Assembly (NCBI GenBank): GCA_964188305.1 | Contig: OZ076886.1 | Direction: 5' to 3' (one strand) | DNA length: 64,000 bases | From: Podarcis bocagei | Taxonomy: Eukaryota | In this document: positions 55,721-64,000 of the stretch, piece by piece | Position numbering within the stretch: the stretch's first letter is position 1 | Layout of the letters: each line of letters begins with the position of its first letter | Notes under the pieces: generated by a model | Seen by the model: only the letters and a program-made list of their open reading frames with translations | Told to the model about the DNA's origin: nothing | Database searches by the model: none | Made by a program: the position numbers and the translations under genes

Positions 55721-56281
55721 AAGGTTGCATATCTTCACCAGTTGCAGTAGCAGCTTGCAAGTCAGCTCTCCTATCTTCCTAACACTGCATGTTGCTGCCA
55801 ATTACCTAAGAGGGGGAGGCAAGGCCACAGCGTTGGGGGAGTCAGATTAGCTCCCTGCTGCTTTGTCCCTCCCCCTCTCAGTAACAATAGTGATGCTTAG
55901 GGAAGGTAGGAGAGCAATGTTTCACCCATGCAACCTCTCTTGACTGCTACTGACTACTTGTCTATGCCCCAAAACTATGACCAAGCCCAGGGGCCAAAAA
56001 CTCATCAAGAGAAGCTTGGAAATAAAAGGTTCCAGTCACACAATGAAGAGATGTTCGTGACCAGTTTCAAAGCCTTCCCGGCCACAAATGGTGAAGCATT
56101 CAAAAACGTTTGTGTGTCCTGGTCACCTTATCACTACCCCACAGTCAAAAGTATCAAGAGCCACAGACTATCTAGTAAAAAAAAGTAGGGTGATTATCAG
56201 AACCCTAACCACACTGTGGATCAAGTTACAAGTTATACATAACATCAGGCTGGCATTAAAAAAGATACAGGTACTTTTTCA

Positions 56282-56761
<480 letters not shown>

Positions 56762-57048
56762 TCACTATTAATACATGAGTTTCTCAAACTCAGCAGATTC
56801 TATAGCTAGAGCACTGAATAATCTCAAGAATGTATACCCAAATAGGGGATTTAGCAGATTCTGCAGGAATGGGTACTTATGAAAGCGAAACATCCTATGA
56901 AACCAGGCCATTTCTGTAAGAAAGCATATTTGCTCCAATGTAATGCTCATGCTTGCTTAGTAAGAGCCCCATCTGTAGCCATGCAAGTATCTGCATTTCG
57001 GCTTGCTTTTCCCATTTACTTTCAACGCACTGACACTGCAGTCCACCA

Positions 57049-57365
57049 AGACAAAGGTGGCGCTGTGGTCTAAACCACAGAACCTCTTGGGCTTGCTCAT
57101 CGTAAGGTCGGCAGTTTGAATCCATGCAACAGGGTGAGCTCCCATTGTTTTGTCCCAGCTCCTGCCAACCTAGCAGCTCGAAAGCATAACAGCACCAGTA
57201 GATAAATAGGTACCAGAGTCGAGGGGAAGGTAAAAACAGCGTTTCCATGTGCTCTGGCTTCCATCACGGTGTCCCGTTGCACCAGATGCATTTTAGTTAT
57301 GCTGGCCACATGACTCAGAAAGCTGTCTGTGGACAAACTCCAGTTGATTGAACTTAACGGTCCAG
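57049..57365 (+). mobile_element. Sauria SINE
   Basis: GGTGGCGCTGTGGTCTAAACCACAGA...GGGTGAGCTCCC...CTCCTGCCAACCTAGCAG.TCGAAAGCA...AGTAGATAAATAGGTACC...ATGCTGGCCACATGAC diagnostic blocks. Confidence 0.9.
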
Positions 57366-58456
57366 TCAAACCAAAGGCTGCAATCTTATAAACATTTAAG
57401 CTAGGGACAAATATTCAACTCTACGGGGCTTATTTTCAATGAAACATGTACACTACACTGCACTTTCTTATGCCAAAGTACTTTGATGTAGGATACCAGT
57501 TTCTGTATAGAATGGCTTTAACTTTATAAAGTTATATTTAGTACTGTACAATTTGTTTTTGGTGCACTCCATGACAGCTCCACATCTGTCAGTGCATTCA
57601 GTAGTTTCACAACTACCTGTCCAATATATAATAAGAAGCATCAGCAACTTCTGAAGGAGGATAAACCAGCTGAGTTACCAGCTAGGCTCTGCTGGAAGAC
57701 AGTAGGCAAACAGAAGCAGTGTTCAAAATTCCCCAAGCGCCAGGCACATTTTGCTACTGGCATATGTCCAACTGCAACTACCTTGAGATTTCTGGACACT
57801 ATGAAACGTGTTCTGGCAAACACACGTTTAAAAACCTCTGCCTTAGTCCAGAGTGAATTTCCACTGTGTGTTTTTCTACTTCTTGCATACTGAGACAAGT
57901 GAACTGTTGTAAGAGCAAGCTACAGTCAAGCAATCTGGCCCAACCTCCTAGTCCATTGTGGCGACTGTAACCTAGGTTTAAGGTGCCATTTGGCACCTAG
58001 CTTATATATCTGAGTTTCTAACACTGAACAGAAGAGGTGGATTGGAGATTTCAAAGGGCAAAATTCCAATGTAACAAAAGTAAAGATTCCATCCATAGCA
58101 GGCCTGATAAACGCTGAGGAACTTAGGGATGTTCCCCATCCTTCTCACCTGGAAGAACTACAATACCACGTTTCCAGCATGCTGTTTACTGTCCTTCAAG
58201 TGACCCTGGACTAGAGTGATAGAAAAAATGTTTCCTTTCATTCTGTCTTCCAGCAGGCCCTAAGTCTTCAATGGGATGGGTAAAGATGAATTATAAGCAG
58301 GAGCTCCGAGAAACCATTTAGCAGTCTGAACCTTAGTTCAGGGGATTTTTGGATGGAGATGCGCAATCAACTTAAAACAAGTATTCTCATCCTAGCACCT
58401 TTTCCTCTGAATGAAGATAAATACTCAATTAACCTAGTATCTTTAACTCTCCAATC

Positions 58457-58592
58457 CAGGCATAGGCAAACTCGGCCCTCCATATGTTTTGGGACTACAA
58501 TTCCCATCATCCCTGACCATTGGTCCTGTTAGCTAGGGATTATGGGAGTTGTAGTCTCAAAACATCTGGAGGGCCGAGTTTGCCTATGACTG
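58457..58592. mobile_element. hAT MITE
   Basis: TIR CAGGCATAGGCAAACTCGGCCCTCCA...TGGAGGGCCGAGTTTGCCTATGACTG; 8-bp TSD CTCCAATC. Confidence 0.92.
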
Positions 58593-59976
58593 CTCCAATC
58601 CTTCTTTTGATACAAAATTATTCCTTATGGGTAACCTACAGCCCTGAGCCTAATTACAAAAACTACCCGCTTCTCTGGGGAAAGTAATCAGTTCCTCCTT
58701 TAGCAGCCTGCTGGGCAGGGAGTAATAGATTGTGGTTTCAGAGAAAGAAAGGAAAGCCCCCCCCCCCCGGTCCTGTGTACTTTTGGCTTTGGCATTTCCA
58801 TTCCGACTACCAGCATGCGGCTGTTGACCAAAAAAAGCAAAGGTTCCCCACCAATGCTGTAATACCAGCCATACTTAAATCTTCAGGCGAATCACTTGAA
58901 TAAAATTCCTAAACTCAGATCTGCTTGGTCATAAGTCTAGAAATAGTGACCAGCATAACTTTAGCATGGCACTTAAGCATAGGTGACATAAAATGCAAGT
59001 TAGTAGCTATGACTGCAAAATAAATGTTGAGACTATGTGTAATACTGGAACATAAACATGGGAATGTTAATCCATAGCAGAATAAGTAATACTTCTGAAA
59101 ATAATCAATTACAGCAGTTTTAATGAAATTACATGATTTCCACCACAGCCAAGACAAGCATTTAAAAATATATTGTCAGCATAGAATCAAGTTTAAGAAA
59201 TTTAGGCAGAAACTTAAGAGACCAAGTGAAATGAAGTTCTGTGCTGTGCATTTCCTTTAATAATAAGTTACCTGAAACTTACTACAGACACAAAATGCCA
59301 GCCAACAAATTCACTTGGATGTGCTATGGAGCTGAACCAAAGTTTTACTGATTCTGGAACAGTAAGGCAATCAAAGGGCAGTTGTTCAGATTTGATGCAA
59401 CTGGTAATGTTTTGAAATATATCAAATTTAACAGTGAAGAGGACACTATCTAAAGTTAAGGAAATATATTGCTTCATTGATTTATTTGATGCATTGCATA
59501 ACTACTATATCCAATCCAACCTTGCTTTGTCTAAAAGCATGGTCAAGCAAGTTAAAATGTTAATTCTCCCCATGAAAGATAAAATTCATGATGTGTTAAG
59601 TAGGTATCATGCAATTATGTCTTGCTAGGATGCCTTCCAAATGCAAGTGTGTGCTATCCTATTTTTTAGCATATAAATCATTTTATTATAATGGACAACA
59701 CTTTTGTAAAGATTACCAAAAAATAAAAATAAAGTTGCCCAATGTAATATTCATTTACAAATATTGCCATGCATTCCAGCATGCAGGTTAATAACATATC
59801 CTGCACTTCTCTAGACAAACAGGTCGCAGTATTCTCTGCTGGGTGGCTGCTTTGTGCTGACTTGTTCACCACCATCCTGGAACAATTTTTATTAAGAGTC
59901 CTAACCCAGCCTAAATGAAGTATAACAATCCAACACCCATTTTAAAGGAGGCAGTTTTAAGAATGATGCATGCATT

Positions 59977-60077
59977 GGGTTGTATTCAACTAACTTTTAC
60001 TCGGAATGGACCCAACTTCATCACGGGCATTCATTTCAATGGGTCTACATTGAGTACAAGTTAGTTGAATACAACCC
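59977..60077. mobile_element. Short palindromic MITE
   Basis: Perfect 20-bp TIR GGGTTGTATTCAACTAACTT; ATT on both flanks (possible 3-bp TSD). Confidence 0.75.
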
Positions 60078-61149
60078 ATTCAAGTCTATTCTCCTTCAAG
60101 GGAGACACCTACATGTCAGACTGATAAGTTACTATAGCTGAATAAAGTGTGAAGTCATTCAATCCACCAGAGGGCCATGAAGCAGCCTGCCTTACTTGCT
60201 GCAGACCAGATGAATTCACATCAGTAGACCAAGAAATGACTACAGTAAGCACAGCTAAGGAGGAATAATGCTTTAGAATAAACTGCTCAAAAGAAGGTTC
60301 CAAGAAGGAAAATAAGGAGAAGTAAAGTTGCTCCAATTGAAGCTAGAACCCAAATAACTCATGCCCAAAGTAAGAGCCACTAGCTCTACAGACGCTACAG
60401 ACAAATTTGACTGAAATCAAGATGGCACCTTTGAAAACACATGGAGAAATCTATAGCAGGATTATTCTAGCAGGGGCCCTATACTTCCAGCTGTCCTATG
60501 CGTGTACGCACACACACATATATGTATGTATGTATGTATGTATGTAACACAGCAAATTGATAGGCATTTAGTTTTCCTTTCTAGGTTAAAGCTACAACTC
60601 CAAAGCAGGCCCAGGTGTCATTCTAATACAACAAAGTAGCTGACCAGCACCCTGCCACCAACATACAACCAATATTCCAGGTGAGTGCATCAGCTAGTTT
60701 CTAGAATCCAGAGCAAAGCAAAGAAGGAATCAACATTAAGGTCTGGAAGAATACAGTCACATGGCGGAGGGGTGTGTGCGCTCCCAAATGGGTTACCTGG
60801 GCAACCTTACTTTGTCACACAGTTGGATAGGACCTCTGTTGTTTGCCATTCAGAGAAACTAGCACCAAGTGTTAAGAAAAAAATCACTTGTCAGGCTACA
60901 TCACTCTTTTCACATCATCAGACAACAGTGACTAGAATAAGAGAAGAGTAGAATAAACGACGGGTGGGGCGAGGTTTTAGAGGTTCCGTGCAGCCATTTC
61001 AAGGACATTGAAGCATCTTACATACACCTGGAACATCTCAAACGAGGAACAGAACAATGTTACGTAGCCCACTAGGTCAAGCAGTTTTGCGTGCTTGTTG
61101 TGAACTGGCCGGTAGTTTCGAAATTTAAGTGGCAGGAGCTCCCAAGTTT

Positions 61150-62900
61150 GGAACCAGTTGTGACCAGCACCCACGGTGAAGGACAAAAGGGCTGCGTGAC
61201 AACTTCCCAGTCCTCACCGGGAAGATGGAAGGAAACAGACGCCGCCAACCCACGGAAGGGCGTCAAGACCTCTTCATTGGGCAGGGAGATTATTTGGAAA
61301 AACGGGGTTACGGCTAACCGGCGCCTTCCTACCGGCCACAGAAAAGGCAGCGGGAGGGCGGTAGAGGCTAGCGCCCCTAACCCCAACCCTATACGGCCCC
61401 CAGAGATGGATGCTACCGAAACCTCAGCCGCGTACGGACTAAACCGATGCCTACCACTCTGGCTTCAACCGCTCCCACGCCGTCAAGCAATCCCACCCAC
61501 CCCTTAAACAAAGGGACACGTGCGCTTTTCGGCGACCCGGGCCCCGAACAGGCAGCCCTTTTGGATACGTCTGCACCGGCGCGCATGCAGCGCACTGCAA
61601 GGGAGGGGAAGGGAAAGGACGGGAGGTGGGAGACCATTACAGGCGAACCCCATTCAGTTGCATTTCCCAGGAGGGGGGACGTGGGGTATTCGTTTCGCGC
61701 ACCTCCCTCAGAAGGTGGAGTGGGAGGGGAGGGCGCCTGAAGATGAAGGCGAGGCAAGCGGGGAGGAGGAGGAGGACCGCCCCCCCCCGTCTAGGTGGGA
61801 GCAGAGACCCCGCTGCTTTCGCCTCCCTCCTCCCCATCTCGTCCAGGCTAGGCGGGAAAATGTGGGGGAGGGGGAAAGAGAGGGGGGCACCCGCAGCTTC
61901 CCCTGCTTCCTCCCTGCTCCTTCTTTTCCCCGCACGCCTCACCTCTTTTCCGCGCGCGCGTGCCCGCGCCGTCCTCTCGGCCGCTCAAGCTGGTCCGCTG
62001 TCTGCGGAGCCGCCTCTCCCCCCAGCGCGCGCGCGCTCGAACCGACTCCGCACTACCCGCCCCGCCCCCGCTCCCGGCGCCTTTAGCGCCACACCGAGCA
62101 CTCCCCACCTCCTCTCTGGCACCGCCCACCAATAGGGTGGGAAGAAAAGAAAGTTGCTGGGTTGCCCCGTTGGTCGCCTCGCCCGCCTATCGGCGTCCTT
62201 CCTCGCCGCCTATTGGTCTCTCCCTTTAGACCCACCCCCGTCCAAGCCAGGATCATAGCAACCTTCGGAGAGCTTCTCGTCCGAAATTCCATCTCCTCCC
62301 GCTTCACCGACCCTTTGCGAGGCCTCGGATTGGCTGGCTGCCTCTGCCCATCAAAGGGAAGCAGCCCTTCCAGTGTGGGGTCTTTACGCTTGTCACCCGA
62401 GCGTATTGGAATAGAGGCGGGACATTGGACGGCTGCGGTTGTCCCGTTTTGCGGCGGAGGCTGCTGCTGCTCCTCCTCTCCTCGCCGAAGTCAAAGCGAG
62501 CCCGGACCAGAGTGGCGCCGCGCGGGGTCAGGTGCAGCGGCCGGGGTAATGCGCGCGCGCTGTGCGGCCGAGTAGCGCTGCAGCCTTTGCTCCTGCTGGG
62601 GTGCATGTGTCGCATGTAGCAGCACCCCGCCCACTTGCGCCGCATGCATCTGCAAGCAGCTGCAGTTGCCGCGCGCGCCATCGCCCTCCTCCCTCTCTGC
62701 GTGCCTACAGCGTGGCTGGTGTAATTAGGACATGCACTAGCGCGGTGCATGTAGCGGGCTGCCCATCCTGTGGTGCTGCGTGTAGCGTTGCGGGAGAAGA
62801 GTCACCCCAAGCGCTGAGGCCTTGGGGTACGATGCGCGCCGCGCCCCCCCCCCACGCGCCGCATAGGCCGTGGCGTTGTAGCAAATCCAGACACTGCATT
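61150..62900. promoter_or_regulatory. CpG-island promoter
   Basis: Abrupt GC- and CpG-rich segment in an AT-rich, CpG-poor background. Tandem GC boxes 62057-62070, CCAAT 62129-62133, ATTGG at 62212, 62329, 62405 and 62424. No TATA box seen. Confidence 0.88.
61943..62060 (-). other. MYH10: Probable non-coding exon 1 (5' end approximate)
   Basis: Lies in the CpG island. Minus-strand donor GAAAAGAG|GTGAGG at 61943/61942, with GC boxes and CCAAT immediately upstream. The TSS cannot be fixed from sequence. Confidence 0.65.
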
Positions 62901-64000
62901 GACTCCCTCCTTCCCTCCTTCTTGCAGACCCCTCTACTTTACACATCGTCCGTGCTGACCACTTCCCTCATACCTGGTACAAAAGCAAGAATGCTTTTTG
63001 CATTGCATTCCTGCAGTGAATTGGATGTCTTAAAGTACCACTCTCTTTCTCATGGAAAACTACCCTTTCATTCATCTGGAAGGTGATTTTCAGCAAAGAC
63101 TGCAGTACAAATAACGTCATGTAAATAGCTTTTCCTCGCCCATTCCCTATGCAACAAATCCCCCCCCCTCTTGAGGGTCTGTGTAGAATGATTGTATACC
63201 CACCAGGAACTGAGTTCACACCTCTGATAACTCTTGGCCTCAGCTCCACCCTCTGCTTTTTGCTGCTCACAGCTACACTCATTCTCTGTCAGTTCACGTT
63301 CATACCACACATGCACATAATATATTGCCAATAACTAGACATGGACACTTTGACGTTAAGTGAGTGATCGATCACAATTTAACCATAACATGCTTTTCTT
63401 GCATGATATTCTACAGGTTTAACCAATTTGTTCCGAATGCTACTGATAATTAAATGCAGAGTGGCGGGAAACTGTGTTTGTGCGCACGCCAAAAAGTTTA
63501 TTTTTAAAATCCAGTGATCATACTTTGTAATCTCAGTTCAGCAACAGCAAGGCTGGCTTCTGAATGGATCTGGAGAGGACTTGAGGTCACTGAGAGAGTT
63601 CACAGGGCTAATTGGATCTGGTGCTAAGGAGACTGATCAGGTGAAACTCATTAACAGGGTTAATGTATATACTGCACTTCAGAAGAACAAGGCAAATTCT
63701 CCATCAAGAAAAATAATTCAGTAACTGATACAAATGTTTGTATATGCTCATAATGTGTTTTGCTGTTTCTAATTAGGGGAAGAGGTATGGTCCTATACAG
63801 AACGTAAAAGCACCAGTCTGGAAATTCTACTTGGATCCCAGCTCTCTGAGAGCCGCTCCCACTTCCCATCACATTTTCAAGCTTCTCTTTGCAAACATAT
63901 GGACTAAAGTTTGCTTTTAAAAATAAAGCCAATAATTTATGGGTGCTGGATTTTTAACCCAGAATTAACTTCTGTACTGGAATGTTTGTATGGAAATCCA

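Noticed and set aside
60678-60686. Perfect plus-strand donor CAG|GTGAGT
   Set aside because: About one such 9-mer is expected by chance in a window this size; no supporting partner site identified.
61072-63086. Many overlapping 100-190 aa ORFs in the promoter region
   Set aside because: Low-complexity Arg/Pro/Gly/Ala translations, expected from stop-poor GC-rich DNA; no recognisable domain.

Overview
Eukaryotic (vertebrate) genomic DNA. The repeat families (Sauria SINE, Squam-type SINEs, CR1/L2 relics, Penelope) point to a squamate, probably a lacertid lizard. Almost the whole window is the 5' ~70% of MYH10 (non-muscle myosin heavy chain IIB) on the minus strand. It comprises a CpG-island promoter with a probable non-coding exon 1 (~61.9-62.1 kb) and 29 constitutive coding exons from 56701 down to 318. 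These splice into one uninterrupted frame of 4116 nt (1372 codons): motor domain, IQ neck and the first part of the coiled-coil rod. The gene continues beyond position 1. Three alternative exons missed by the ORF track were found: the 30-nt B1/N30 exon (with a GC donor), an 18-nt microexon (SGSLLY) and the 63-nt B2 exon. There is also a U12-type intron and a paired UGCAUG element. The most unusual items are (i) a Penelope-type inverted-repeat insertion carrying a minimal hammerhead-ribozyme motif between the two loop-1 microexons, (ii) two degenerate copies of an XPG-like nuclease fragment resembling Academ transposons beside coding exon 2, (iii) a candidate 11-nt frameshifting microexon after B2, (iv) a solo LTR with a perfect TSD and (v) a candidate divergent spliced transcript from the promoter. 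Nothing here proves a wholly new system. All calls were made by eye, without database searches.
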